Shown here: positions 47,416 through 57,456 of the stretch, one piece after another | How the letters are laid out: each line of letters opens with the position of its first letter | Position numbering within the stretch: position 1 is the first letter of the stretch | The notes under the pieces: model-generated | The model's input: the letters and a program-made list of their open reading frames with translations, nothing else | Databases searched by the model: none | Told to the model about the DNA's origin: nothing | NCBI GenBank assembly: GCA_963837505.1 | Contig: CAWINN010000006.1 | Location: forward strand, 30,826-94,825 | DNA from: an uncultured Saprospiraceae bacterium | GTDB taxonomy: Bacteria > Bacteroidota > Bacteroidia > Chitinophagales > Saprospiraceae | Reading direction: 5' to 3' | Length of the DNA stretch: 64,000 nucleotides | Made by a program: the position numbers and the translations under genes

Positions 47416-49113
47416 ATGAAATATATTTTCCTGGTTACCATTTCTTTTTGCTTTGTAACGGTCGTCACGGCTCAGGACAAAACCGGCGGCCCTGTCAGCA
47501 GCATCGATTCGATAGCTACTGATTCAACTACTATAGATAACCTGAACGTATTGGGATTGGTATGGGGGTTTCTCAAATATTATCATCCGCGAGTGATGAA
47601 AGGAGAATACCATTGGGATGACGAGCTCATCAAAGTAATCCCCCAGGTCCTCAAAGCCCGGGATACCAGGCAAAGAAATAAAGTGCTGATGGAATGGATC
47701 GCCGGGTTAGGAAATGTTGAGCCCGGCAAACAGACGGATCTTCCGGCGCTGGATATTCCGCTGCATCCGGATCTGGACTGGTTGGAGCATTCCGGATTTT
47801 CTCCGGAACTCAATGTGCTGCTGTATAAAATATTAAATGCGAAGAAACCTGAAAGCTCCTACTATGTGCAGCTTGCCCCATTCATAGGCAATCCGGAATT
47901 CACCCATGAAGATCCCTATGAAAAGATGACTTTTCCGGACGCCGGCTACCGGCTATTGGCTTTATTCCGCTATTGGAACATGATTCAATATTATTATCCC
48001 TATAAATACCTGATCGGAGAAGACTGGAAAAAAGTGTTACCAGAATTCATCCCCAAATTTATCGGGGATCGAAATGAATTGGCCTACCTGACCACGACCC
48101 TCGAACTCATCGCCCGCGTGCATGACACCCATGCCAATATCTGGGGAGCCAATGAAACCCTGCGGCAGGCAAGAGGGATTTATTATGCTCCGCTGGAACT
48201 AAAATTTATTGAAAACAAAGCTGTGGTTACCGGTTTTTACGGAGACACTATTGGTCAGCGCACCGGTATGAAAATCGGTGACGTCATCACCAGCATCAGG
48301 GACGTACCGGTAGCCACCATCATTCAAAACAAACTCAGTACAACGCCGGCTTCCAATTATGCCACACAGCTTCGCGATATTGCCTATACGCTTCTCAGAA
48401 CCAATGATTCCATCCTGCCGGTCACTTTCACCAGGAACGGGGAAATGTTTTCTAAAAATCTGATCACTTTTCCGCCGGACAAAATCAATCTTTACAATCA
48501 AAATCAAAAGCCCGACACCTGTTTTAAAATGATCACCCCGCAGATCGCTTATTTGTATCCGGGCTCCATTCGAAATGCTTATCTGCCGGCATTGTGGAAG
48601 CAAATACAACATACAGATGGCTTAATCATTGACCTGCGATGTTATCCTTCGGAATTTATAGTCTTCACCCTTGGCGCATATTTAATGCCCCGAAGCACGA
48701 ATTTTGTGAAATTTTCAAACGGCAGCCTGGATCATCCCGGACTTTTCATGATCGGTCCGGTATTACAGGTTGGCAACACCAGTCCCAACTATTATAAAGG
48801 CAAGGTCGTCATCCTGGTCAATGAGACCACCCAAAGCCAGGCGGAATATACGGCCATGGCCTTTCGCGTGGCCCCGCATGCCATGGTGATTGGCTCCACA
48901 ACAGCAGGCGCAGACGGGAATGTCTCGCGTATTTTTTTCCCCGGAAATATCATGACCATGATCAGTGGAATCGGCGTGTATTATCCGGATGGATCAGAAA
49001 CACAACGCGTAGGGATCGTTCCTGATATTGATTGCAAGCCTACTATTGAAGGGATTAAAGAGGGAAAAGACGAATTACTGGAAAAAGCTATCGAGGTGAT
49101 TAATCAAAATTAA
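47416..49113 (+). CDS. S41-family peptidase-like protein
   Basis: ATG at 47416 gives the signal peptide MKYIFLVTISFCFVTVVTAQ. A PDZ-like segment (GMKIGDVITSIRDVPV). C-terminal KVVILVNETTQSQAEYTAMAF...IGSTTAGADGNV...GIVPDI resembles the tricorn-type S41 core. Confidence 0.6.
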   Translation: MKYIFLVTISFCFVTVVTAQDKTGGPVSSIDSIATDSTTIDNLNVLGLVWGFLKYYHPRVMKGEYHWDDELIKVIPQVLKARDTRQRNKVLMEWIAGLGNVEPGKQTDLPALDIPLHPDLDWLEHSGFSPELNVLLYKILNAKKPESSYYVQLAPFIGNPEFTHEDPYEKMTFPDAGYRLLALFRYWNMIQYYYPYKYLIGEDWKKVLPEFIPKFIGDRNELAYLTTTLELIARVHDTHANIWGANETLRQARGIYYAPLELKFIENKAVVTGFYGDTIGQRTGMKIGDVITSIRDVPVATIIQNKLSTTPASNYATQLRDIAYTLLRTNDSILPVTFTRNGEMFSKNLITFPPDKINLYNQNQKPDTCFKMITPQIAYLYPGSIRNAYLPALWKQIQHTDGLIIDLRCYPSEFIVFTLGAYLMPRSTNFVKFSNGSLDHPGLFMIGPVLQVGNTSPNYYKGKVVILVNETTQSQAEYTAMAFRVAPHAMVIGSTTAGADGNVSRIFFPGNIMTMISGIGVYYPDGSETQRVGIVPDIDCKPTIEGIKEGKDELLEKAIEVINQN

Positions 49114-49189
49114 GGAGCCCTCCGACTACTAAAAATTTACGGATCAAAGCAGCGACCCTGTTTAATGCAGTATCATTACCTGTCCTTTA

Positions 49190-51820
49190 GTGATTGATGA
49201 TTATTGTTTTAATAAAACCAATTTGAAATTCCTTTTTCCTATATTATTTCTATTCCTGGTCAGCGTTAACTCCCGGGCGCAGCCCTGGATGTCGGAGCCC
49301 TATCTGAAAATAAAGAAGCCGGCCGACACGCTGAAGCAAACCAATTTCTACGAAATTCAGAAAGCCTTTGAACGCTATGAAAAAAAGGAATTGCGTAAAA
49401 AGGATAAACGTGAAAAAATAACAGGCGAAGAAGAGGAAGGTGAATTTCCCGGCGACGCCCAATTTCATCGCTGGGAAAATCACATGATGCCCAGGGTTTA
49501 TCCATCCGGAGATATTACACTCCCCTCAACAGCTTTTACTGAATTCCAGAAATACCTGGCCTCGCCTCTTCACCAGGCACGATCTGTATTACTCGCGGAT
49601 TGGACCTCCCTGGGGCCGACTGGTACCGTGACCAACGGAGATTTCGCCGGTGCCGGCAGAGTAAATTTTTTACGCTTTGATCCGGTCGACCCGGATAAAA
49701 TGTGGACAATGTCTCCTTTGGGCGGACTATGGAAATCTATCAATGGTGGTCAAACCTGGACCACGAACACTGACCTCCTGCCGATCATAGGTTGCTCCGA
49801 TATTGCCATCGATCCACAAAATACTCAGATCATGTACCTCGCTACGGGTGACGCCAATGGCACCGGTTCTCAACTCACGATAGCTTCCATTGGGATATTG
49901 AAATCAACAGATGGTGGAGTGACCTGGCCCCCGTCAAGTAACACGATGAACTGGGATGTCAGCACGAACCGCGGCATATATAAACTATTAATCCACCCCA
50001 CTCACCCAGACACTGTTTTTGCCGCCACCAGCGTAGGTGTCTACCGAACTGTGAATGGCGGCGGTGATTGGATACAGATGATTGCAGGTGCTTTCACCGA
50101 TGTGGAATTCAAACCAGGCCATCCGTCAACAGTGTATGCCGCTGCTGGTATTAAATACGGTGGTACGTTTTACAAATCCGTCGATGATGGTGTCACTTTC
50201 AATCCCATCAGTGCCGGACTCCCCTCGTCGGGCAGTGTGGCGCGTTTTGAAATTGGGGTCACCCCTGCTGATTCCAACTATGTATATGTCGTAGCCGTAA
50301 AGAAAAACAGTTATGACTTCTATGGATTCTATCGCTCCGTAAATGGCGGCGATCAATTCAACCTGCAAGCTAATACGCCTGATATTCTGTTCGGCACACC
50401 GAGTTCACAAGCCTGGTATAATTTAAGCATGGCCGTTTCGCCTTTGCACAAGGATACCATCCTCGTAGGTGCCACCAACATCTGGCGGAGCCTGGACGGC
50501 GGACTGACCTGGACCAAACACACCAGTGAAAATGGAGGTTTCATTCCTTTCGTTCATCCGGATCATCATTCGATTACTTTCTATCCCGGAACCGATTCGA
50601 TCTACTATTCCGGTAATGATGGTGGAGTATTTAAAACCACTGATCGAGGTGTGACGTGGACGACAATGAATGAAGGATTGCAGATTTCGCAGATGTATAA
50701 ATTTGGCGTATCGCCATTAGATCCATATACGATCATGACGGGCCACCAGGACATGGCGACAGAAATCCTGCGGGATACGGTGTGGAATATGTTTACGATC
50801 AACACCGGCGATGGGATGGAAAATATATATGAACATGACAACGACACGATCCGTTACCTGGAGTCGTATAAGGGAAACATCAGGGTCACCTATAATAATT
50901 ACCCGCTATATACCATCATTTGCAAGACCACGGGAAGTGGCGTGGATACTATCGGAAGCTGGATCACTCCTTTTATCATGAATCCGAGACATGATTCCAC
51001 GTTGCTGGTAGGAAAAACCCAGGTGTGGCGCACTGTGGATGGAGGGCAATCCTTTACCCAGGTCGGGAATGTCAGCGGAGGCAATACCTACCTCATCGCG
51101 CTGGCTTATGCTGAGTCCGATACCAATTACATCTATGCAGCTAAGTCCGATAAATTTTTCGCAACTGAAGACGGGACCAATTTCTATGACAGGACCGGCC
51201 TTCTGCCTGTTGCTTCCGCCAGCATAACCGCCATCGCGGTGAGTAATGCAGATCCTAAAAAAGTATGGGTAACCTTTTCCGGGTACAGTGCTGCCAATAA
51301 AGTCTGGTATTCTCCTGATGCGGGAGTAACGTGGAGTAATTATTCAACGGGCTTACCTAATCTTCCGGTCAATTGCATTACTTATCAGCATGCTTCGGAT
51401 GATGGTTTGTATGTGGGCACGGATGTGGGTGTTTACTATATTGATCAATCCTATAGTTCGTGGCAATCCTTTTTTACCGGATTACCAAATGTGGATGTAG
51501 AAGAACTTGAAATTTCTTATCCGATCGGAAAGATCCGGGCGGCAACGAATGGAAGAGGCCTTTGGGAATCCGATGTCGCTGTTCCCATACCAACCAGCTT
51601 CACCTGGGTGGGAAGTGTTTCTGCAGACTGGAATAATCCGGCTAACTGGAATCCACATGGTGTGCCAACAATATTGCAGGACGTGATCATTCCCGATGTC
51701 AATCCACCAAATCATGATCCGATTGTCAATGTGACGGGACTGGGCTGCCGGGATTTGACTTTACTGCCCGGGGCGAATATGAAAGTGATGCAGGGGAAGG
51801 TGTTTAGGAGTGAAAAGTGA
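49190..51820 (+). CDS. BNR/Asp-box repeat (sortilin/Vps10-like or GH74-like beta-propeller) protein, apparently lacking the expected C-terminal sorting domain
   Basis: At least 9 Asp-box motifs (SINGGQTW, STDGGVTW, SLDGGLTW, TTDRGVTW, SPDAGVTW and others). The likely true start is the TTG at 49223 (MKFLFPILFLFLVSVNSRAQ). The ORF ends right at the edge of the heptamer array. Confidence 0.8.
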   Translation: MIDDYCFNKTNLKFLFPILFLFLVSVNSRAQPWMSEPYLKIKKPADTLKQTNFYEIQKAFERYEKKELRKKDKREKITGEEEEGEFPGDAQFHRWENHMMPRVYPSGDITLPSTAFTEFQKYLASPLHQARSVLLADWTSLGPTGTVTNGDFAGAGRVNFLRFDPVDPDKMWTMSPLGGLWKSINGGQTWTTNTDLLPIIGCSDIAIDPQNTQIMYLATGDANGTGSQLTIASIGILKSTDGGVTWPPSSNTMNWDVSTNRGIYKLLIHPTHPDTVFAATSVGVYRTVNGGGDWIQMIAGAFTDVEFKPGHPSTVYAAAGIKYGGTFYKSVDDGVTFNPISAGLPSSGSVARFEIGVTPADSNYVYVVAVKKNSYDFYGFYRSVNGGDQFNLQANTPDILFGTPSSQAWYNLSMAVSPLHKDTILVGATNIWRSLDGGLTWTKHTSENGGFIPFVHPDHHSITFYPGTDSIYYSGNDGGVFKTTDRGVTWTTMNEGLQISQMYKFGVSPLDPYTIMTGHQDMATEILRDTVWNMFTINTGDGMENIYEHDNDTIRYLESYKGNIRVTYNNYPLYTIICKTTGSGVDTIGSWITPFIMNPRHDSTLLVGKTQVWRTVDGGQSFTQVGNVSGGNTYLIALAYAESDTNYIYAAKSDKFFATEDGTNFYDRTGLLPVASASITAIAVSNADPKKVWVTFSGYSAANKVWYSPDAGVTWSNYSTGLPNLPVNCITYQHASDDGLYVGTDVGVYYIDQSYSSWQSFFTGLPNVDVEELEISYPIGKIRAATNGRGLWESDVAVPIPTSFTWVGSVSADWNNPANWNPHGVPTILQDVIIPDVNPPNHDPIVNVTGLGCRDLTLLPGANMKVMQGKVFRSEK

Positions 51821-51822
51821 TG

Positions 51823-52520
51823 AGTTGTGAGTTGTGAGTGGTGATGTGAGTCGTGAATCGTGAATCGTGAATCGTGAGTTTTCGTGAATCGTGAATCGTG
51901 AATCGTGAGTTTTCGTGAATCGGGTGAGCTGAGTTGTGAGCATAAGCGGTGAATCGTGAATCGTGAGTTTTCGTGAATCGTGAATCGTGAATCGTGAGTT
52001 TTCGTGAATCGCGGTTGCTGAGCTGTAGCACAAGGTTGAGCATAAGCAGGTCGAAGCATGAATCGTGAGTTTTCGTGAATCGTGAATCGTGAATCGTGAG
52101 TTTTCGTGAGTCGCGGTTGCTGAGCTGTAGCACAAGGTTGAGCATAAGCAGGTCGAAGCATGAATCGTGAATCGTGAATCGTCAGTCGTGAATCGTGAGT
52201 TTTCGTGAATCGTGAATCGTGAATCGTGAGTTTTCGTGAATCGTGAATCGTGAATCGTGAGTTTTCGTGAATCGCGGTTGCTGAGCTGTAGCACAAGGTT
52301 GAGCATAAGCAGGTCGAAGCATGAATCGTGAGTTTTCGTGAATCGTGAATCGTGAATCGTGAGTTTTCGTGAATCGTGAATCGTGAATCGTGAGTTTTCG
52401 TGAATCGTGAATCGTGAATCGTGAGTTTTCGTGAATCGTGAATCGTGAATCGTGAGTTTTCGTGAGTTTTCGTGAGTCGTGAGTCGTGAATCGTGAGTGG
52501 TGAGTTTTCGTCAGTCGTCA
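51823..52520. repeat. About 700-nt heptanucleotide array (AATCGTG)n with a 31-nt higher-order period and three copies of the conserved ~50-nt element
   Basis: Direct reading. Elements lie at 52010-52060, 52112-52162 and 52273-52323. The array produces three overlapping artefactual ORFs (HDSRFTIHDSRKLTIH...). Confidence 0.95.
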
Positions 52521-52806
52521 ATGGTCCTTCTCGAAAAATACAATATATATGTTCGTCGTAGATTCATCTACGTGGGTGTGTTTGCAAAGCTGAGCTTTGC
52601 CCATGACAACCTATATTTCACTTCTCTGCTCAAAGCACAGCTTTGATGACACCAAATCGTGGGTTAATAGTTCGACTGGCTCACTAACCGCCGACGCTTA
52701 CCATTACGTTTTTTTAGTTTTCATTGGCGTTCCTTCTGTATATTTCGCAGATCATGTTCCCATTTAGTAAAAGCGAACAACGAATACGTAATCAGATTCC
52801 AGTAGC

Positions 52807-53802
52807 ATGAAACACCCATCTTCCTGGACGAAAGCGGACCTGCATCACCATCTCCAGCATGCGATGGACCTGGAATTGTGGACCATACCTCTATACCTGA
52901 CCGCCCTGTACAGCATTAAAGGATTGCATAAACTGAAGCATGCCGATTTTCCTGAAGCGGCCAAGCTTATCTTTTCCGTGGTGGTCCAGGAGATGCTACA
53001 CCTGGAACTCGTGTGCAATCTTACCAATGCTTTGGGATTCTCCCCAAAATTTTTGGTTCCGTCCTATGATGAAAAAGCGGGGATTCCTTTTATTCATCCA
53101 TTGCATGATGCCTTGCCCGCTTATTTGCACGGCTATAGCATCAGGCCACAGGCTTTACATAAAGATAGTCTCCGTTTGTTTTGTGCGATAGAATTGCCGC
53201 ATACCAGAAGAGAAACGATATGGGAAAAGCAGAACACCTGCCACAGTATCGCCAATCTCTATGAAGCATTACAACTGGGCATCGCGGCACTTTGGGAGGA
53301 ATGCTATGTCGGAGATGGCCGCAACACCAGGCAGAAAAATACTTTTCATGAGTACCACAACCAGGACGGCCGTCATCATGGTTTCAGTCAGCGCGTTCAT
53401 TCCGTATCCACGGCCATGAAAGCGATTGATGCGATCATCGAACAGGGAGAAGGTGCTGATACCAGGAATGTTCCTGTAGCTTTTCGCGGAGCAGATTCAG
53501 CAGAAGAAAAGGAATTTGAAACCTCGTGGTTTAAAAGTCATCTCAGCCATTTTCAAAAATTCAGGATGTTGCTGCACGCACACCATCGGTTGCCCGAGGT
53601 GTACCGGGAAGATCCTGACGCCACAGACCTGACAGCTCAACTGCATATGGAAAATGTGTTTGTAGATTTTCTTGGCGATCTGCAAGTCTATTTCAATAGT
53701 GAAGGAGAATCCTTTCCCATGACTTTCTGGCAAAAGATGAATTCGCTCGGCCCGGCGATAGGGGCTGTGTGGGAATCGGGAAGATGTCCAAGCTTTGGTT
53801 AG
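52807..53802 (+). CDS. Ferritin-like domain protein (PF12902-type, VioB C-terminal-like)
   Basis: LQHAMDLELWTIPLYLTALYSIK....VVQEMLHLELVCNLTNALG matches the ferritin-like family motif (E..T.P.YL.A.YS... EEM.H. ..NL.NA.G). Confidence 0.7.
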   Translation: MKHPSSWTKADLHHHLQHAMDLELWTIPLYLTALYSIKGLHKLKHADFPEAAKLIFSVVVQEMLHLELVCNLTNALGFSPKFLVPSYDEKAGIPFIHPLHDALPAYLHGYSIRPQALHKDSLRLFCAIELPHTRRETIWEKQNTCHSIANLYEALQLGIAALWEECYVGDGRNTRQKNTFHEYHNQDGRHHGFSQRVHSVSTAMKAIDAIIEQGEGADTRNVPVAFRGADSAEEKEFETSWFKSHLSHFQKFRMLLHAHHRLPEVYREDPDATDLTAQLHMENVFVDFLGDLQVYFNSEGESFPMTFWQKMNSLGPAIGAVWESGRCPSFG

Positions 53803-53891
53803 CTGCCGGCGCTTCCTTTGCTGTGCCGGGAATAACCCTGAATGAATCGAAGTATCACCAACAACCAGTAGATTAGACTTTTATTCTGCAT

Positions 53892-55295
53892 ATGTCTTAT
53901 CCTGGAGAAATCGAACAGCTTATTAAGCAGCTTAAAACCAGCCCACCTGATAAAGCCGGCTTACATGCTGCTGATATTATTGAGTCCTTTTTGACACTGG
54001 ACCGGTCCCAACAAAAAGAGGTTGCTGAAACGATTTACGCGTGGGCCAAACAACACGCCCGTCAAAAACCGGTACAGTTCCGGTATGGGAAATTGATTCT
54101 TGCCTTCAGTTATTTCTACACCGAACAATATGACAAGGCATTACCGCTCCTGACTGAGCTTACCCATTTATTTGAAGAAGAACATGATCCTGAAGGAGCT
54201 GCTATTTGCCTGAATTTCCAGGGAAGCATCTACCGTACTTTTGGCAATGTCGACCTGGCCCTGAAGTCCTGCTGGTCGGCTCATGCCGAGTTAAAAAAAT
54301 CAGGTAATTTTCCCTTCTTCTACCTGGCCAACAATATCAATCTCGCCGGTATTTATTTTGACCGGAACCATTATGAGGAGGCTATCCCCCATTACGAGGA
54401 AGCCTTGGACATGGCCCAGAAATTGGATAAATACTACATGGTGATCTATGCCATGCATGGCCTGGGTAAAGTGTACCTCGCGCAGCAAAATTATCCGGAG
54501 GCCAAAGATTGGCTGGAAAAAGCCATGAAGGTTGCAGAGGAATATGGCGTACCGCTTTCCGTATCCAATTCCCTTACCGAACTGGGTACTTATTATTTCA
54601 CCCTGAAACAATATGCCGAAGCTGAAGAGTATAATAAACAGTCGCTGGACATCCGGGAGAAAAATCATCTCACCGGTGCGGCCGTGACCAATTGCATCCG
54701 GCTTGGGGAAATCTATCTCCAACTGGCCAACTATGAAGCCGGCATAGCGATCCTGGAACGGGGCCTTCACCTGGCAGAACAAATCCACGTCAAACCCAAG
54801 ATGTACCAGGTTGAAATGCTGCTGTCGGAAATATATGAACGAAAAAACGAGATGGCCAAAAGCCTGGCTCATTACAAATCCTATTATGCCCTTCGGGAGC
54901 AGGTAGAAGTAGAGGATAATGAGAGGAAAATTAAAAATGCACACCTGGTCTTTGAAGCCGAACAGACCAAAAAAGAGAACATCATCATCAAAAAACAAAA
55001 AGCGGAAATAGAAAAGAAAAATATAGAACTCCAGGAAACCATAGACGAATTAACACGGGCCAGGATAGGCAAGAAGGCCCGTGCGATTACACTTGGCATT
55101 GCGATTGTACTCTTCATTATGGAAGACACGATTCTCCATTTTGCTTTAAAGATTTTCTCCACCGACAATTACTTTATATCGCTTTCCGTCAAGGGCGTCA
55201 TCATCTTCTCCCTGAGTCCGATCAATAAAGCGGTGGAACATTATTTGTTCAGCCGGATCGTCAGGAAAGAAAAGATAATGGAAGTGGTGGTATAA
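53892..55295 (+). CDS. TPR-repeat protein with coiled coil and C-terminal transmembrane segments
   Basis: About 6 TPR-like repeats (AI.HYEEALDMAQK, YPEAKDWLEKAMKVAEE, and others). Then a charged coiled coil (EQTKKENIIIKKQKAEIEKKNIELQETIDEL) and 2 hydrophobic helices. No output domain. Confidence 0.7.
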   Translation: MSYPGEIEQLIKQLKTSPPDKAGLHAADIIESFLTLDRSQQKEVAETIYAWAKQHARQKPVQFRYGKLILAFSYFYTEQYDKALPLLTELTHLFEEEHDPEGAAICLNFQGSIYRTFGNVDLALKSCWSAHAELKKSGNFPFFYLANNINLAGIYFDRNHYEEAIPHYEEALDMAQKLDKYYMVIYAMHGLGKVYLAQQNYPEAKDWLEKAMKVAEEYGVPLSVSNSLTELGTYYFTLKQYAEAEEYNKQSLDIREKNHLTGAAVTNCIRLGEIYLQLANYEAGIAILERGLHLAEQIHVKPKMYQVEMLLSEIYERKNEMAKSLAHYKSYYALREQVEVEDNERKIKNAHLVFEAEQTKKENIIIKKQKAEIEKKNIELQETIDELTRARIGKKARAITLGIAIVLFIMEDTILHFALKIFSTDNYFISLSVKGVIIFSLSPINKAVEHYLFSRIVRKEKIMEVVV

Positions 55296-55307
55296 AATAA
55301 AATAACC

Positions 55308-55994
55308 ATGAGTAAAAAAGCCGAATTAGTCGGTAGTCATTTTCCTACCATCTACCTGACAGTCATATCCCTTTTACAAGGCATTGCGCTGTCGCAACTG
55401 GTGCCGGACATCCTGGCTTACCTGGACCTGGCGCCTCAGCCCTGGTCCCATATCGAAGTCGTCCCTATGGTACTCATGTTGCTCATCATTTTTATCGTGT
55501 GGCATCATTACGCCATCGGTATTTTTTTCCTGCGCTGGTTTCCTAATATTATTGATACGATCATTCCCTTCGTCGTCAGCATAGGCCAATTTTACCTGAT
55601 GTCCTTTTTAGTGATCAAAACCTCGGTCTCCGATATTAATATCCAGGCCTGGAACCAGGGGTTTGCTTTTTTCCTGATGATTGGATCCCTCGCCTATTTT
55701 GCGGCCTCCTGGAGGGTGGACGCTGACCTATTCACCAACCTCATGAGTAAGTCTAACGCGATCATTCACTGCATTGTCACTAAAAAATATTTCCTGATTG
55801 CGGGGTTTTCGATTTTATTCCAGGGACTTTTGGCTTTGGTCATCTTCCTGATGCATCGACCCGAATGGCTGGTGCTATCTTTGTTCCTTTTAATGTCCCA
55901 CCTTGTGATCTTTGAGTACTTTCTGCTGCATTCGATCAAGCCGCATTTTATCCGATCGCTGGATGAATCGGAGGAAGATGCAAATCCGCAATAA
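55308..55994 (+). CDS. Hypothetical integral membrane protein (about 6 TM)
   Basis: Six hydrophobic stretches. It sits 13 nt after the TPR gene. No recognisable family. Confidence 0.65.
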   Translation: MSKKAELVGSHFPTIYLTVISLLQGIALSQLVPDILAYLDLAPQPWSHIEVVPMVLMLLIIFIVWHHYAIGIFFLRWFPNIIDTIIPFVVSIGQFYLMSFLVIKTSVSDINIQAWNQGFAFFLMIGSLAYFAASWRVDADLFTNLMSKSNAIIHCIVTKKYFLIAGFSILFQGLLALVIFLMHRPEWLVLSLFLLMSHLVIFEYFLLHSIKPHFIRSLDESEEDANPQ

Positions 55995-56034
55995 AGCTTG
56001 TATTTTAGAACCGACGATTTTCTCCACCACTTCA

Positions 56035-57456
56035 ATGAACAAAATGAAAAATGTATTACCGGCAGTCCTGCTGCTGCTGCTATCCCTCTGCGGACGCATG
56101 GAAGCCCAGGTTCCCGGCACCCCGGAAGGCAACACCTCAACGGAAGTAGCCCACTCCATCCTGCCGGTCGATGGAATCATTACCTATTTACCCAAAGACA
56201 CGACCTTCCTGCCGGCTGCCAGTGCGCTTTCGAATGACCAAATCACCTTTAAGCCGACGGCCAATTTTTTCTTCCGCCCGGAAGGCACTTCGAATTATAA
56301 AGAAGCCGGCCTCCCGATTGATACCGGTGGTCTGAATTTTTACCTGCGCGGTGATTTTGGAGCGAGGATTTCGCTTCCGAAAAACATCGACATGGTATTC
56401 AACCTGCAATCCTATGGAACCTACAGCAGAAGCCTGGGGCCCCTGGATCCGAATCTGTCCTTATACGAGGCGTATGTCGATATGAAAAAACTGGACAAGA
56501 ACAATAAAATGTCTTTACGTTTCGGACGCATGTGCCTCGGCAAATATGGTAATGAAATTATTGTCGGGGATGATGACTTCATCAAAGGAAGAAGTTTTGA
56601 AAGCGTGCGGTATCGCTATCATACGGATAAATGGACCAGCGACCTCATGTGGGTGCAGCTCTATCAGCAGGCTCCGGATTCCGCTAATTTCAAATGGAAC
56701 CATCCGATCTTCCTTGCCACCTTCAACACCTTCCATTTTTCGAAGGCAGTGAACTTCGATGCCAACCTGCCTTTTGTCATCGACCAATATAACAGTGGCT
56801 TTCAGACCACCGTATTTATGCCTGATCTGAGGTTTTTCGGTCAGGTGGGCAATATTCGCTATTCTGCAGAGTACATACTGCAGACCGGAACTGCACACAA
56901 GATTTTAGTGGACAGTATCACCGGCAAAGTAAATGCCTCTGCCATGGAAATCGGCCTGGGATATAGTTCGGATGATCGGCGCATGAATATTGACGTATCT
57001 TATTACCGTGGCAGCGGAGATGATAATCCGAATGATACGGATCTGAAATCCTACAATGTACTTTGGCAAAATGAACATCGTCGTTTTGGCTATATCGATG
57101 CTTTTAAAGGATCCAACGTACAGGCCACTACGTTGCATTTTGACTGGCTGTTTGGAAGGCTGTTGTCAGCGGGTTTTCACGGCGTCATTGCCAATGTGTT
57201 GGAAGTGAAAGACAAATCGACCGGCATCGCGACGATTCCCCCGGGATCCGTTACCACGACCAGCACCGATATTGGTGCCGGAGGGGATGTGTATCTAAAT
57301 TACTTTTACAATCACAACCTCAATTTTCAACTTTCGTTGTCCATGTTTAGTCCGGGAGAATATTTCACCGCTGTGAATGGCGTGGATAATACCGGGGCGA
57401 ATAACATTGAGAAGACCATGATGAGGATTTATTTGATGATGGCGTTGAGGATTTAG
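56035..57456 (+). CDS. Outer-membrane beta-barrel porin (alginate-export-family-like)
   Basis: In-frame ATG at 56035 gives the signal MNKMKNVLPAVLLLLLSLCGRMEAQ. Alternating beta-strand pattern. LRFGRMCLGKYGNEIIVGDDDF..GRSFESVRYRY resembles the Alginate_exp core motif (LGRQ.L.YG..RLIG...W.N..R.FDG). The listed start at 55912 overlaps the upstream gene. Confidence 0.6.
   Translation: MNKMKNVLPAVLLLLLSLCGRMEAQVPGTPEGNTSTEVAHSILPVDGIITYLPKDTTFLPAASALSNDQITFKPTANFFFRPEGTSNYKEAGLPIDTGGLNFYLRGDFGARISLPKNIDMVFNLQSYGTYSRSLGPLDPNLSLYEAYVDMKKLDKNNKMSLRFGRMCLGKYGNEIIVGDDDFIKGRSFESVRYRYHTDKWTSDLMWVQLYQQAPDSANFKWNHPIFLATFNTFHFSKAVNFDANLPFVIDQYNSGFQTTVFMPDLRFFGQVGNIRYSAEYILQTGTAHKILVDSITGKVNASAMEIGLGYSSDDRRMNIDVSYYRGSGDDNPNDTDLKSYNVLWQNEHRRFGYIDAFKGSNVQATTLHFDWLFGRLLSAGFHGVIANVLEVKDKSTGIATIPPGSVTTTSTDIGAGGDVYLNYFYNHNLNFQLSLSMFSPGEYFTAVNGVDNTGANNIEKTMMRIYLMMALRI

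Noticed and set aside
51712-52521. Three overlapping minus-strand ORFs (269, 181 and 113 aa) reading HDSRFTIHDSRKLTIH...
   Set aside because: They are pure translations of the (AATCGTG)n heptamer array and the 50-nt element. All three frames are open at once because the repeat lacks stop codons, and the peptides are low-complexity. I treat them as noncoding.
54300-54998. 232-aa minus-strand ORF
   Set aside because: It is antisense to the TPR-repeat gene. Its Phe/Ile-rich low-complexity composition is typical of the antisense of an AT-rich, Lys/Glu-rich coding region.
55912-56034. 5' extension of the porin ORF, overlapping the end of the 6-TM gene
   Set aside because: An in-frame ATG at 56035 is followed immediately by a canonical signal peptide, and the extension has no such features.
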